Virus record (IMG/VR): IMGVR_UViG_3300024239_000112
Origin: an uncultured virus (IMG/VR IMGVR_UViG_3300024239_000112)
Taxonomy: Duplodnaviria; Heunggongvirae; Uroviricota; Caudoviricetes
DNA length: 64,000 nucleotides
Reading direction: 5' to 3' (one strand)
Shown: piece after piece, positions 44,479 to 54,329 of the stretch
How the letters are laid out: each line of letters starts with the position of its first letter
How positions within the stretch are numbered: position 1 is the stretch's first letter
Program-made: the position numbers and the translations under genes
The notes under the pieces: model-generated
The model's input: the letters and a program-made list of their open reading frames with translations, nothing else
Told to the model about the DNA's origin: nothing
Database searches by the model: none

Positions 44479-45327
44479 ATGGCACTCGTAAAACCGCAAG
44501 TAGCTCAGAAAGAAGAAACCCTGGCCGCTGAAGCCGTAGCCCAGACCGCCGAGCAGGTGGTTGAGCAGGAAGTAGTGGCCGAGCAGGCACCGGTCGAGAC
44601 CGGCGAAGTGCTGGAGGCTGAAGGCGTAGAAGCCACTGCCGCCACCGCAGAGGTGGTTGAGATCCAGCCCGCTGCCGAGCCCGCCCAGGCTGTAGCCGTC
44701 GCTGAACCCGCAGCAGCCAAGGCCGTAACGGTCGGCGAGCAGCGCACTAACGCCATGGCACAGTTCACCCAGGATCAGGCCGCAAACGGCTTCGAGGGCC
44801 TGGAGCTGAGCGGCATGTCCTTCGACCGCATCAAGCTGCACGAAGGTCAGTTCAAGCTGGGCACCGAGGAGACTGAGCTGGGTACCGACATCCAGGTCGT
44901 GATCCACAGCACCCGCAAGATCTTCGTGGTGCGCCAGAGCGACGACAACGACGCCGAGACCTTCTACTCCTACGACCCGAAGGGCCTGACCTTCACCGAC
45001 GGCAGCTCGGCGCAGGAGAAGCTGGAAGACTGGCTGGACGACGGCTACGGCACCGAGGAGAGCCCGCTCGACATCCGCGAGTACCTGGAGGCCATGGCCA
45101 CCCTGGTCAACCGCGAAGACGAGCATGAAGGCACCATGGTGATGCTGAGCATCCCGCCGGCCTCGAAAGCCCGTCTGGCAGGCGTAGCTGCCCAGGCCTA
45201 CACCCGCTTCAAGGGTGCCACCTTGGGCCAGGTCGTCACCCAGTGCTCCGTAGGCAAGAAGATCGGCGAAGGCCAGAAAGCCTTCCGTCCGTGGGTCTTC
45301 AAAGCCCTGGAGCGCTTCGAGGGCTGA
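44479..45327 (+). CDS. Highly expressed acidic protein, possibly ssDNA-binding
   Basis: Own promoter and terminator; A/E/V-rich N-terminus; located in the replication module. Confidence 0.45.
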   Translation: MALVKPQVAQKEETLAAEAVAQTAEQVVEQEVVAEQAPVETGEVLEAEGVEATAATAEVVEIQPAAEPAQAVAVAEPAAAKAVTVGEQRTNAMAQFTQDQAANGFEGLELSGMSFDRIKLHEGQFKLGTEETELGTDIQVVIHSTRKIFVVRQSDDNDAETFYSYDPKGLTFTDGSSAQEKLEDWLDDGYGTEESPLDIREYLEAMATLVNREDEHEGTMVMLSIPPASKARLAGVAAQAYTRFKGATLGQVVTQCSVGKKIGEGQKAFRPWVFKALERFEG

Positions 45328-45341
45328 CAGCCTTCCTACCC

Positions 45342-45374
45342 AAAAGGACCCGGCGATGCCGGGTCCTTTTTTCT
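45342..45374 (+). terminator. Intrinsic terminator
   Basis: AAAAGGACCCGGC-GAT-GCCGGGTCCTTTTTT. Confidence 0.85.
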
Positions 45375-45416
45375 CGCCCCGAGTTTCTAGCAAAGCCCAT
45401 AACTACCGAGGTTCAA

Positions 45417-45812
45417 ATGGAAATCACCCCAGAAGTGGCAGCCAGAATTGCCGCCACCCCGTACGAGAAGATGGTTGCTGACCTGGCCAAGCCAGGCGTG
45501 GACATCGTCCGCCAGACCTGCCCCCAGAAGGCCCACCTGAACCACATGGCGATTGGCGTGTCCGGCGAGGCCGGCGAGCTGCTCGACGCCATCAAGCGCC
45601 ACACGATCTACGACAAGCCCCTGGATCGGGAGAACGTGGTCGAGGAGCTTGGCGACCTGGAGTTCTACCTCGAAGGTCTGCGAGCCTCAATCGGCATCAC
45701 CCGCGAAGAGACCCTGGAGCACAACAAGCTGAAGCTCCTCGGTAAGCGCTACGCCAGCGGCAAGTACAGCGACGAGCAGGCCATAGCCCGCGCTGACAAG
45801 GCAGGTGCCTGA
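45417..45812 (+). CDS. MazG-like NTP pyrophosphohydrolase
   Basis: GVSGEAGELLDAIK...VEELGDLEFY...N..KL..RY. Confidence 0.85.
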   Translation: MEITPEVAARIAATPYEKMVADLAKPGVDIVRQTCPQKAHLNHMAIGVSGEAGELLDAIKRHTIYDKPLDRENVVEELGDLEFYLEGLRASIGITREETLEHNKLKLLGKRYASGKYSDEQAIARADKAGA

Positions 45813-46111
45813 TGGATAACCAGCACCGCAAGATCGCCGGCTACCGCGAGCTGAGCCAGACAGAAATCGACCTGATGAACCGGATCAAAGCCAAGGGCGG
45901 CGAGCTGCTGGAGCTGCAATCCGAGCTGATTCAAATGCTGATTCAACAGGGGCGCGACAAGGCCGCCGACGCAGCCTATAACACTGACTGCCACGCAGAA
46001 CTCGAACGCTTCCAGACCGCCGAACCTGTGCGCTGGGCGGCCATCGGCAAGACCGACATCCAGACCGGCATCATGGCCATGGTGCGCGCCGTCGCCCAGC
46101 CCTCCGTTTAA
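45812..46111 (+). CDS. acb2: Anti-CBASS cyclic-oligonucleotide sponge Acb2
   Basis: MDNQHRKIAGYRELSQ.EIDLMNRIK and AEP.RW.AIGKTDIQTG.MA.VRAVAQP closely match Pseudomonas phage Acb2 as recalled. Confidence 0.88.
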   Translation: MDNQHRKIAGYRELSQTEIDLMNRIKAKGGELLELQSELIQMLIQQGRDKAADAAYNTDCHAELERFQTAEPVRWAAIGKTDIQTGIMAMVRAVAQPSV

Positions 46112-46167
46112 CTGCGAACCCGTAAATACAGGAGTGCCGGCGGAACTCCGCCGGCAGCGAGGCATCG

Positions 46168-47022
46168 ATGAAACAGTACAAAGATCTCGTAAGCCGTATC
46201 GTGAACGAAGGCCAGGCAGTGCCTGACCGCACCGGTACCGGAACCCGCAAGGTGTTCGGCCACCAGATGCGCTTCGACCTGCAGGAAGGCTTCCCGCTGG
46301 TCACCCTCAAGAAGACCTTCTTCAAGGGCGTAGTTGTGGAGCTTCTGTGGATGCTCCGCGGTGACACCAACATCAACTGGCTGCAGCAGCACGGCGTCCA
46401 CATCTGGGACGAGTGGAGCACGCCAAACGGAGACCTCGGCCCGGTGTACGGTGCCCAATGGCGCAACTACAAGGCTGCCGACGGGGCCGGTATCGACCAG
46501 ATCGGGGCGCTGCTGGCCAACCTGGCAGAGCGCCCCTTCAGCCGGCGCCATGTGATCAGCGCGTGGAACCCCGGCGACCTCCCTGACGAGAAAGTCAGCC
46601 CGCAGGAGAACGTGCAGATCGGCAACATGGCTCTGGCGCCCTGCCACTGCCTGTTCCAGTTCGACGTAGCGCCTGACCCATTCGGCGGCAAGCCGATCCT
46701 CAGCTGCCAGCTGTATCAGCGGTCGGGAGACGCCTTCCTCGGGATTCCGTTCAATATCGCGTCGTATTCGCTGCTCACCCACATGATCGCCCACCATCTG
46801 GGCTACCAGGTCGGGGAGTTCATCTGGACCGGCGGCGACTGCCACCTCTACTCGAACCACGCCGAGCAGGTGCGCGAGCTGCTGCAGCGCGAGCCGCTGC
46901 CACTTCCTCGCATCGAACTGAACTACCCAGCCAGCACCCCGCTGGAAGAGGTAGAGCCCAGCCAGATCGTTCTTCACGACTACCAGCACCACAGCGCCCT
47001 GGCCGCGCCCGTGGCGGTATAG
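46168..47022 (+). CDS. thyA: Thymidylate synthase
   Basis: [51 protein letters not shown]. Confidence 0.97.
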   Translation: MKQYKDLVSRIVNEGQAVPDRTGTGTRKVFGHQMRFDLQEGFPLVTLKKTFFKGVVVELLWMLRGDTNINWLQQHGVHIWDEWSTPNGDLGPVYGAQWRNYKAADGAGIDQIGALLANLAERPFSRRHVISAWNPGDLPDEKVSPQENVQIGNMALAPCHCLFQFDVAPDPFGGKPILSCQLYQRSGDAFLGIPFNIASYSLLTHMIAHHLGYQVGEFIWTGGDCHLYSNHAEQVRELLQREPLPLPRIELNYPASTPLEEVEPSQIVLHDYQHHSALAAPVAV

Positions 47023-47030
47023 GAGATCCC

Positions 47031-50000
47031 ATGTACTCAATTCTCGACTTCCGCGCTGTCGTAAAGCACTCCTACTACGGCGCCAGTGATCCGGAGGCCA
47101 TGTTCTGCGAGGAGGTTGGCCGCCGATTCGCTAACTGGGAAGTGGCCGCCGCCGGCTTCATCAGCCGCTACATCGAGCCGATCATCGCTCAGGGCGGCAG
47201 CCCTCGTAACCTGCTGGTGGCCCACGATATGGGCCGCGAGTACCGCACCGCCCTGTTCCCCGGCTACAAGGCCGCCCGTGACGACGTGAAGCGCAGTCCT
47301 ATCGAGGTCGAGCAGTGCGAGAAGCTGTTCGACTGGGCCAAGCACTTCCTGACCGCCCTGGGCGCCACCCAGATGGGCGTCAAGGGCGTGGAAGCTGACG
47401 ACGTTATCGCCTGGCTGTGCGAGCGCATCACAGAGCCCAAGGCCGTGTACACGGTCGACGGCGACCTGCTGCAGCTCTGCAACGACAACACCATCGTCTA
47501 CCTGAAGAACGAACCGTTCTACGGCGAAGGCGAAAAGGACGGCATCCCCTTCCACCTGACCAGCCTGGCCAAGTCCATCCTGGGCGATAAGTCCGACTGC
47601 TACGGCGGCGTGAAGGGCCTGGGCATCGCCAAGGTCCAGCAGCTGCTGGAGAACTTCGGCGCCGACGGCGTAGAGGAACTGCAGGGTGTCGTCGAGACCG
47701 GCAACACCGAACTGCTGGACCAGGCCATTGAGCAGACCGGCGACAAGGTCCTGATCAAGCTCCGCGAGAACTTCGGCGAGTGGCGCACCATGTGGCGCCT
47801 GGCCAAACTGCACCCGGAGCTGTGCTGGAAGCCGCGTGCCAAGAAGCTGATCAAGCCGATGGTGCACAAGCGAATCCCGAACGGCCAGCAGCTGTTCAAC
47901 CTGCTCAAGCAGGTGGGTTGCGAAGATATGTGGGACAGCGTGTTCGCCAGCTGCATGCCCTCCCAGCTCGCCATCACCGCCAATAACTGGGAGGAGATGC
48001 GCGACGCCATCTTCGCCGAGATGGCCGCCGGTGACATCACCACCTTCGACTACGAGTCGTCCAACAAGGATCCGATCCCGGAGTTTGCGCTGGCATCGAC
48101 CCAGGGCGAGAACTTCGTCGACGTGCTCAGCCAGGAGCTGGCCGGCGCATCGTTCCAGTTCGGCCAGCACCTGGAGAACGTGATCTACGTCCCGGTCGAC
48201 CACAAGGACACCGCCAACGTCGGCAAGCACGTCATTGCAGAGCTGCTGGAGCACGCCGGTCGGGTCAGCCGCCTGGTTGCGCACAACGTATTCTTCGAGG
48301 GCGTGGTCAGCCAGACCAACTTGAACCTGTCGCTGATCAACGTGCATGACACCCGCATGATGCAGCGCTACTACAACGAGAACGCCGAGGCCCACCTCAA
48401 GGGGCTGTCGCTGGAGTACCTGGGCTACGAGCAGGCGTCCTACGCCGAGACCATGGCCAAGGGCAACGGCGGCAAGGGCGCCCAGACAATGTCTGAGCTG
48501 ACCTTGGAAGAGGTGTTCAGCTACGGCGCCGACGACGCCCAGGTCACCGGCCACCTGTACGACCTGCTGAAGCTGATGCTGATGCTCGACGAGCAGTGGG
48601 CGTTCTACGAGCAGTGGGCTGTAAACCCTACGGTGGTCCTGCAGCACAGCTACATCAAGGGCGTGGACATCAACTGGGCCTTGCAGCGCCGGGTGCACGA
48701 ACGCGACCTCAAGCAGGTCGAGGACGGCATGGCCGAGCTGCGTGAGGTCCTGGAGGCAAACGTCACCGGCAACATCACACCAGGCTGTGAGTCACTGATC
48801 GAGGCGGAGAAGGACTACATCTACCGGGCGGCGAAGAAGAAGGCCGACGGCGACGGCGAGGTCGCCAAAACCAAGCTGTATGAGTGGCGCACCAAGTTGG
48901 AACGGGCCTGCCAGTACATCCCGTACCGGGAAGACAGCGTAATGCCGGCGTTCTCGTTTACCGCCAAGCAGGTCAGCGCAGCGCTGGTTGCCGTTGGCCT
49001 GCCGGAGATCGAGAAGGTCACCGCCAAGGGCATCGGCGATTACATGGAGCAAGTCGGCTACGTCGGCTTCGACGCCGAGGAGTCTTTCAGCGCCCCGCAG
49101 GCTGAGTTGCTCAAGGCGATCACTTCGGCCGTATCCCGCAACGCACTGAAGGTTAAGCAGTTGGAGGCCAAGGTCACGGCGGCTGCAGAGGCAGAGGACG
49201 AAGAGGCATACGAGCAGGCTCAGGCCGCTGTCGCGTCTGCCCAGGTAGCTTTCGATACTCTGGGTGAGGTTGTCCAGCGCCTGGCCGGCGTAGAGCCCAA
49301 GGTCATCAAGATCGGCGACGAGCTGAACGTAGGCAGCCCTGCTCAGATGCAGCACCTGCTCTACTGCAAGATCGGCGTACCGGTTCGACTGCGCGGCAAG
49401 CAAGCTGGCAAGGGCCGCCTGCAAGTTGGTATCACCGAGGCAGGTCCGTCCACCGACGAAACTGCGATTCTCACCGCGATTGCGAACGACATCGAGCGAG
49501 GCAGCTGGCAGCACGACGCGCTGGAAGCCCTGCTCAAGGTCAAGTCGGCCAGCACCCGGATCAGCCTGTACCACGACAAGTACCCGCTGTGGCGCCACCG
49601 CGACGGCAAGCTGCACCCCTCCTTCACCGACGCCGGTACCGATACCCGCCGCCCGACCGGCTCCTCGCCGAACGTGCTGCAGGTGTCGAAGAAGGACAAG
49701 GCCATGCGCTCGATGTTCGTACCGCCGTCGCCTGACCACGTGGTCGTCGCAATCGACTACAACGGCCAGGAGATCCGCCTGATGGCCTGCGAGTCCGGCG
49801 ACCCGGTGATGATCTCGGTCTACGACCCGGAGAACGAGAAGGACCTGCACAGCATGACCGGCTCTGGTATCGCCAAGATGGACTACGACGAGTTCGTGGC
49901 CGCCAAGGACGATGAAACCCATGAGCTGAACAAGCTGACCAACGCAATCCGGAAGAAGGCCAAGGGCGTCAACTTCGGCCTGGCCTACGGTGCCGGCCCT

Positions 50001-50633
50001 GCCACCCTGTCGCGCAACCTGATCGTACCGATCTCGGAAGCAGAAGCGCTGCTCAGCGGCACTATGAACCTGTATTCCCAGATTCCTGTATGGCAGCAGA
50101 ACACGGCGAAGTTCATGGAGCGCAACGGGTTCACCCTTACCGCCTTCGGCACCAAGCGCCACGCCAACGACGACATCTTCAGCAAGGACCACGGCAAGGT
50201 CAGCCGTCAGCACCGTCAGGGCACCAACGCAACGATCCAAGGCACCGCCGCGGAGATGCTGCGCATCGTGCTCACCGGAATCGTTGACCGAGACCTGCTG
50301 AATCGCCTGGACATGGTGTTCTTCGCACCGATCTACGACGAAACCGTGGCCTTCGTGCACAAGGACGACGTCGTCGAATACTGCCGCGAGATGAACGAGA
50401 TCATGTCCTCCGCCACCCCGCCGGGTCACGTCGTCAAGCAGGTTCCCGAGTTCTCGATCGGACCTGACTGGGGTCGTGTACACGAGCTGGGCCGCTATCC
50501 GGGCGAGGAGAAGATCCTCGAAGCGGTTCGCCGCAGCCTGGACGAGGCGAAGGAGATCTGGGAGGTGGACATGCTGCAGCCGTTCGATCCTATCCGTAAC
50601 AAGTACCAGGAAGTTCTGGAGGAAGCTGCGTGA
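47031..50633 (+). CDS. polA: DNA polymerase, family A, with 5'-3' and 3'-5' exonuclease domains
   Basis: YKA.R, EADDVI, D.DLLQL, LGDKSD; FDYES, HN..F, YGADD; motifs DYNGQEIR, KGVNFGLAYG, IYDE. Confidence 0.95.
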   Translation: MYSILDFRAVVKHSYYGASDPEAMFCEEVGRRFANWEVAAAGFISRYIEPIIAQGGSPRNLLVAHDMGREYRTALFPGYKAARDDVKRSPIEVEQCEKLFDWAKHFLTALGATQMGVKGVEADDVIAWLCERITEPKAVYTVDGDLLQLCNDNTIVYLKNEPFYGEGEKDGIPFHLTSLAKSILGDKSDCYGGVKGLGIAKVQQLLENFGADGVEELQGVVETGNTELLDQAIEQTGDKVLIKLRENFGEWRTMWRLAKLHPELCWKPRAKKLIKPMVHKRIPNGQQLFNLLKQVGCEDMWDSVFASCMPSQLAITANNWEEMRDAIFAEMAAGDITTFDYESSNKDPIPEFALASTQGENFVDVLSQELAGASFQFGQHLENVIYVPVDHKDTANVGKHVIAELLEHAGRVSRLVAHNVFFEGVVSQTNLNLSLINVHDTRMMQRYYNENAEAHLKGLSLEYLGYEQASYAETMAKGNGGKGAQTMSELTLEEVFSYGADDAQVTGHLYDLLKLMLMLDEQWAFYEQWAVNPTVVLQHSYIKGVDINWALQRRVHERDLKQVEDGMAELREVLEANVTGNITPGCESLIEAEKDYIYRAAKKKADGDGEVAKTKLYEWRTKLERACQYIPYREDSVMPAFSFTAKQVSAALVAVGLPEIEKVTAKGIGDYMEQVGYVGFDAEESFSAPQAELLKAITSAVSRNALKVKQLEAKVTAAAEAEDEEAYEQAQAAVASAQVAFDTLGEVVQRLAGVEPKVIKIGDELNVGSPAQMQHLLYCKIGVPVRLRGKQAGKGRLQVGITEAGPSTDETAILTAIANDIERGSWQHDALEALLKVKSASTRISLYHDKYPLWRHRDGKLHPSFTDAGTDTRRPTGSSPNVLQVSKKDKAMRSMFVPPSPDHVVVAIDYNGQEIRLMACESGDPVMISVYDPENEKDLHSMTGSGIAKMDYDEFVAAKDDETHELNKLTNAIRKKAKGVNFGLAYGAGPATLSRNLIVPISEAEALLSGTMNLYSQIPVWQQNTAKFMERNGFTLTAFGTKRHANDDIFSKDHGKVSRQHRQGTNATIQGTAAEMLRIVLTGIVDRDLLNRLDMVFFAPIYDETVAFVHKDDVVEYCREMNEIMSSATPPGHVVKQVPEFSIGPDWGRVHELGRYPGEEKILEAVRRSLDEAKEIWEVDMLQPFDPIRNKYQEVLEEAA

Positions 50634-50977
50634 AGACCTGGCTCAAGAGTTTGCTCAAAGAGCGCAGCAGCGGCCCCGTGCCGCTGCTGGAACCCATGCA
50701 GATCCGTGCCCGCACCGTTGCAGCTCTCGCGGAGTCCGAGGCCCGGCTGCTCGACCAGGTGGAATCCCTGCAAGAGCAGCTGGCCCAGGCCACCCACGCC
50801 GCCGGGGTGGCGCAGGAGCGCTGTGACCATGCCCGCATGGCACACGCTGCCCTGAACCGCCGGGTCAACGACCTGCGGCTCGACTGGCCCGCTGTCCACG
50901 ACCGCTACTTCACCAAGCAAGGCATCGCAGCACGCGAAGCCGGCGTACCAATGAACCCGAAACGGAAGAGAAAGTAA
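50630..50977 (+). CDS. Coiled-coil hypothetical protein
   Basis: GTGA coupling; 115 aa. Confidence 0.6.
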   Translation: MKTWLKSLLKERSSGPVPLLEPMQIRARTVAALAESEARLLDQVESLQEQLAQATHAAGVAQERCDHARMAHAALNRRVNDLRLDWPAVHDRYFTKQGIAAREAGVPMNPKRKRK

Positions 50978-50979
50978 CC

Positions 50980-51690
50980 ATGCTGGTATTAGCTCACGAC
51001 TATGAAACCACCGGTGTAGACACCAGCAAGCTGGGCGTAGTGCAGTCCGCTCTGTGCTTCGCCACCCTGCACCAGAACGGTAGCTTCACGATCCTGGAGA
51101 AGGACGTGCAGGTGCTCGACCCTGGCCACCCGATTCCGGCCGGCGCTTCTGGTGTGCATGGCATCTACGACCACCACGTGATTGGCAAGCCACTCTGGGA
51201 AGCCTACCTGGCTGAGCAGTTCAAGGTGGTCAACGCTACCCCGATCCAGGGCGTCGTCGGCTACAACAGCAAGTCCTTCGACGACCGCATTGCCCGCCGT
51301 GTCGGCCTTGGCGCCTACCCCTCGATCGACCTGATGCGTGCCACCAAGCGCTTCAAGACCCAGGGCATCCTGCAAAAGGCCACCCTGGGCGCCGCGTACC
51401 TGGGCCTCACCGGCAAAGAGCCGGAGAACGCTCACGACGCCTTCGCCGACATCGTGATGACCCTGGAGCTGATCGCCCCGGCCATGGAACACGCCAAGTG
51501 CGCCACGCTGGAAGACTTCATCGTTTGGCTGAACGGCGTAGGCATGACGCCGCAGGACCGCATGCCGTTCGGGAAGCACAAGGGCGTGAAGCTGTGCAAC
51601 CTGCCCAAGGACTACGTGCAGTGGGCGTTGGGCAACCTGCCTGATATGGACCCAGACCTTCGCACCGCGTTCGAGGGCCTGACAGCATGA
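50980..51690 (+). CDS. DEDDh 3'-5' exonuclease (ExoX-like)
   Basis: DYETTG, VHGI, YN..FD, AHDAFAD; C-terminal MPFGKHKG...LP.DY..W. Confidence 0.9.
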   Translation: MLVLAHDYETTGVDTSKLGVVQSALCFATLHQNGSFTILEKDVQVLDPGHPIPAGASGVHGIYDHHVIGKPLWEAYLAEQFKVVNATPIQGVVGYNSKSFDDRIARRVGLGAYPSIDLMRATKRFKTQGILQKATLGAAYLGLTGKEPENAHDAFADIVMTLELIAPAMEHAKCATLEDFIVWLNGVGMTPQDRMPFGKHKGVKLCNLPKDYVQWALGNLPDMDPDLRTAFEGLTA

Positions 51691-52229
51691 GCAGACTGGT
51701 AGGGCTGATCGGGAAGGCGCGGGTCGGAAAGGACACCGTCGCTGAGCACCTCGTCGAGCAGTACGGCCTGATGCAATACGCCTTTGCCGACCCGCTGAAG
51801 GACATGCTGGAGGCGGTGTTCGGCGACAAGTTCAGAGGCGGGGACCGCGAGCAGGTGATCGACTGGTTGGGCAAGTCGCCCCGCCAGCTGATGCAGACCC
51901 TGGGGACAGAGTGGGGCCGCGACTGTGTGCATCCAGACCTCTGGGTGCTCTTCGCCGAACAGGAGTGGCTGAAGGCTCAGGCCCGCAAGGCGCCTGGCCT
52001 GGTCATCAGCGATGTCAGGTTCAAGAACGAGGCCGAGTGGATCCACGAGGCAGGCGGCTTGCTGATCGAGATTACCCGCCCCGAGGCCGAGGAAGTTTCC
52101 GCGCACCGCAGCGAGACAGGCTTCGCGGCGTTCGGGATGCAGCGTGAGCTGATCAACAACGACGGCAGCCTTGACGACCTGTTCGAGCAGGTTGACGACC
52201 TTGTCATGGAGTTCTTACGTGGCCACTGA
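51687..52229 (+). CDS. Deoxynucleoside monophosphate kinase
   Basis: GKARVGKDT, FADPLK, PRQLMQTLGTEWGR, ISDVRF.NE, H.SE. Confidence 0.92.
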   Translation: MSRLVGLIGKARVGKDTVAEHLVEQYGLMQYAFADPLKDMLEAVFGDKFRGGDREQVIDWLGKSPRQLMQTLGTEWGRDCVHPDLWVLFAEQEWLKAQARKAPGLVISDVRFKNEAEWIHEAGGLLIEITRPEAEEVSAHRSETGFAAFGMQRELINNDGSLDDLFEQVDDLVMEFLRGH

Positions 52230-52743
52230 CATTGGGAAGATCTTCGAGAAGGAGCTGGAGAAAGTCTTCCGCTCCCTCAAGGAGAGCCACCTGTTCGGGT
52301 GGCACAGGCTGCCAGACACCTCGTCCGCCGGCGGACACATCATCGGTGAGCAGCCCAGCGACTACCTGCTGGCCCTGCCGCCAGGCAGTTGCAGCCTCAA
52401 CGACCAGCGCCTCCTGTTCATGGAGGCCAAGGCCAGCGAGAAGCATGCAGGGCTGACCAAGGCGGCCATGCAGCCGGCGCAGCGCGGAGCAGTCAGCTTC
52501 TACCGCAACATGCTGCAGCTGCCATACCTGGTGTTCTTCTACGCCGCCGACGCCGGCGTCATCCAGATATGGGATGGCTCGGTGGTGGTGGCAGACGAGC
52601 GGATCAGCAAGTACACGCCGCTGTGCGTGATCGAGCAGGCTGGGTCTGGGGTCAAGCTCAACACAGAGGTCATCCAGCACGAGCTGATCGACTTCTTCGA
52701 GCTGCCTCCCAAGTCCAAGACGCTCGCAAACTATTGCGCATAG
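52219..52743 (+). CDS. PD-(D/E)xK nuclease, RecU-like Holliday junction resolvase
   Basis: GKIFE, RLPD, PSDY, MEAK, Q. Confidence 0.7.
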   Translation: MATDIGKIFEKELEKVFRSLKESHLFGWHRLPDTSSAGGHIIGEQPSDYLLALPPGSCSLNDQRLLFMEAKASEKHAGLTKAAMQPAQRGAVSFYRNMLQLPYLVFFYAADAGVIQIWDGSVVVADERISKYTPLCVIEQAGSGVKLNTEVIQHELIDFFELPPKSKTLANYCA

Positions 52744-52788
52744 ACCCATATTTACAGCAGTATGGGCAACCATAAACAGGAGCACTCA

Positions 52789-53913
52789 ATGCAAGTCCTG
52801 AAGGAAATCACCCTCTACAAGAACCACGACGGCCAGATCGGAGATTGGCTGATCAAAGCCGTTAGCCTGGAGCCGCACCTCGAGGGTGGCGCCGCGCAGC
52901 TGCAGATCAGCCACACCAAAGTGGTCGGCGGCAAGGCTGTGACCAAGATCGTTCCGGTTGAAGGAAAGAACGCCGGTCGAGCGAACGAGACCTCGCCCTG
53001 CACTCAGGCCGTCCTGGAGCTGGACAGCCGCGTCAACAAGCAGATCGACAAGGGCTACGTCCGCAACATCGACGACGCTTCGGCGCCGGCAACCAACGCC
53101 CTAGGTCTGCAGAAGCCAATGCTGGCCCACCCGATCGACAAGGTGAAGCCGGACAGCATCGACTGGGACGACGCATTCGGCCAACCGAAGCTCGACGGAC
53201 ACCGCTGCCTGGTGAACGGGATCATGTACAGCCGCAACGGCAAGGAGATCCTGCTGCCGCATATCCGCGACTTCCTGGGCGACCACGGCCTGGTCGACAA
53301 GAAGCTGGACGGCGAGCTCTACGTGCACGGCCAGCTGCTGCAGGACATCGGCTCGCTGATCAAGAAGCCCCGCGAAGAGTCGCTGCAGCTGCAGTATCAC
53401 GTCTATGACGTGATCAGCGACGCGCCGTACGCAGATCGCCATGCCTGGCTGGCCGACGTAATGAGCGGCGCCCTGGCCGCCAACGACTCCCCTATCCGAC
53501 TGGTTCCCGCCGTCCGGGTGGCCAGCCGCGACGCGCTGACCCAGCTGCACAAGGCGTGGCTGGATGCCGGCTATGAGGGCTCAATGCTGCGCCACGGCCG
53601 CACCGGATACCAGGCCGACAAGCGCAGCGGGTCGCTGCTCAAGGTGAAGGACTTCGAGGACATCGAGGCCACTGTGGTCGACGTGGAGCGTGGTACGCCG
53701 AACGGCAGTTTCGAGGTCCCCGTCTGGATCCTGCAGCTGCCCAACGGAAACCGCTTCAAGGCCACCGCCCACGGCGACATGCACCAGAAGCATGCCCAGT
53801 GGGAGCTGCGCCACACCTACATCGGCCGTCAGCTGACGGTGCAGATCTTCGGCTACAGCAAGGACGGCATCCCGCTGCTCCCGGTAGCCCTTCGTTGGAG
53901 GGAGGACATCTGA
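52789..53913 (+). CDS. lig: ATP-dependent DNA ligase
   Basis: PMLA, QPKLDGHRC, LDGELY, EGSMLR, KRS..LLKVK; start corrected. Confidence 0.93.
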   Translation: MQVLKEITLYKNHDGQIGDWLIKAVSLEPHLEGGAAQLQISHTKVVGGKAVTKIVPVEGKNAGRANETSPCTQAVLELDSRVNKQIDKGYVRNIDDASAPATNALGLQKPMLAHPIDKVKPDSIDWDDAFGQPKLDGHRCLVNGIMYSRNGKEILLPHIRDFLGDHGLVDKKLDGELYVHGQLLQDIGSLIKKPREESLQLQYHVYDVISDAPYADRHAWLADVMSGALAANDSPIRLVPAVRVASRDALTQLHKAWLDAGYEGSMLRHGRTGYQADKRSGSLLKVKDFEDIEATVVDVERGTPNGSFEVPVWILQLPNGNRFKATAHGDMHQKHAQWELRHTYIGRQLTVQIFGYSKDGIPLLPVALRWREDI

Positions 53914-54329
53914 TGAAAGACGCGAAAAGAACGGGCCTGACGGTGATTGTGGGCGTGCTCGCCCTGCTGATCTTCACGCTGGGCAGCTGGGTATGGCTCT
54001 ACGGCACTGCGGAGATCCGCGGCCGGGTAGGCGCAGAGGTCAAGCTGGAGTCGGCGGATAGTCGCATTGCCAACTACGACCACTTCTACGACCTCTGTGC
54101 CGCGGTGCAGGGCTACGAGCATGCGCTCTTGTCGCAGCGGTCAGCCCTGGCCGCCGGGATCAGCGCCGATCGCGCCTACACCAACATGGCCGGCATCACC
54201 GCGCAGCGTGCTCGGGCCATCGCCCAGTACAACGCCGACGCCAACAAGTCCTATACCAAAGCCCGCTTCCTGGGTGACACCCTGCCTCGCCGTCTCGACG
54301 TGAACCTGGAGAACACGCAATGCAACTGA
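53913..54329 (+). CDS. Single-TM membrane protein
   Basis: N-terminal TM; YDHF...YNA...F...LP. Confidence 0.7.
   Translation: MKDAKRTGLTVIVGVLALLIFTLGSWVWLYGTAEIRGRVGAEVKLESADSRIANYDHFYDLCAAVQGYEHALLSQRSALAAGISADRAYTNMAGITAQRARAIAQYNADANKSYTKARFLGDTLPRRLDVNLENTQCN

Noticed and set aside
46168..47022. ThyA homologue as a dCMP/dUMP hydroxymethylase of a DNA hypermodification system (with Nmad5, dNMP kinase and MazG)
   Set aside because: It looks like canonical ThyA, including the dUMP-specifying Asn in PFNIASY, and a DHFR is present; no glycosyltransferase, PurZ or queuosine-pathway genes were seen
48750..49330. Intein or intron in polA
   Set aside because: The frame is continuous, with no His-Asn/Cys-Ser-Thr splice junction and no LAGLIDADG or HNH motif
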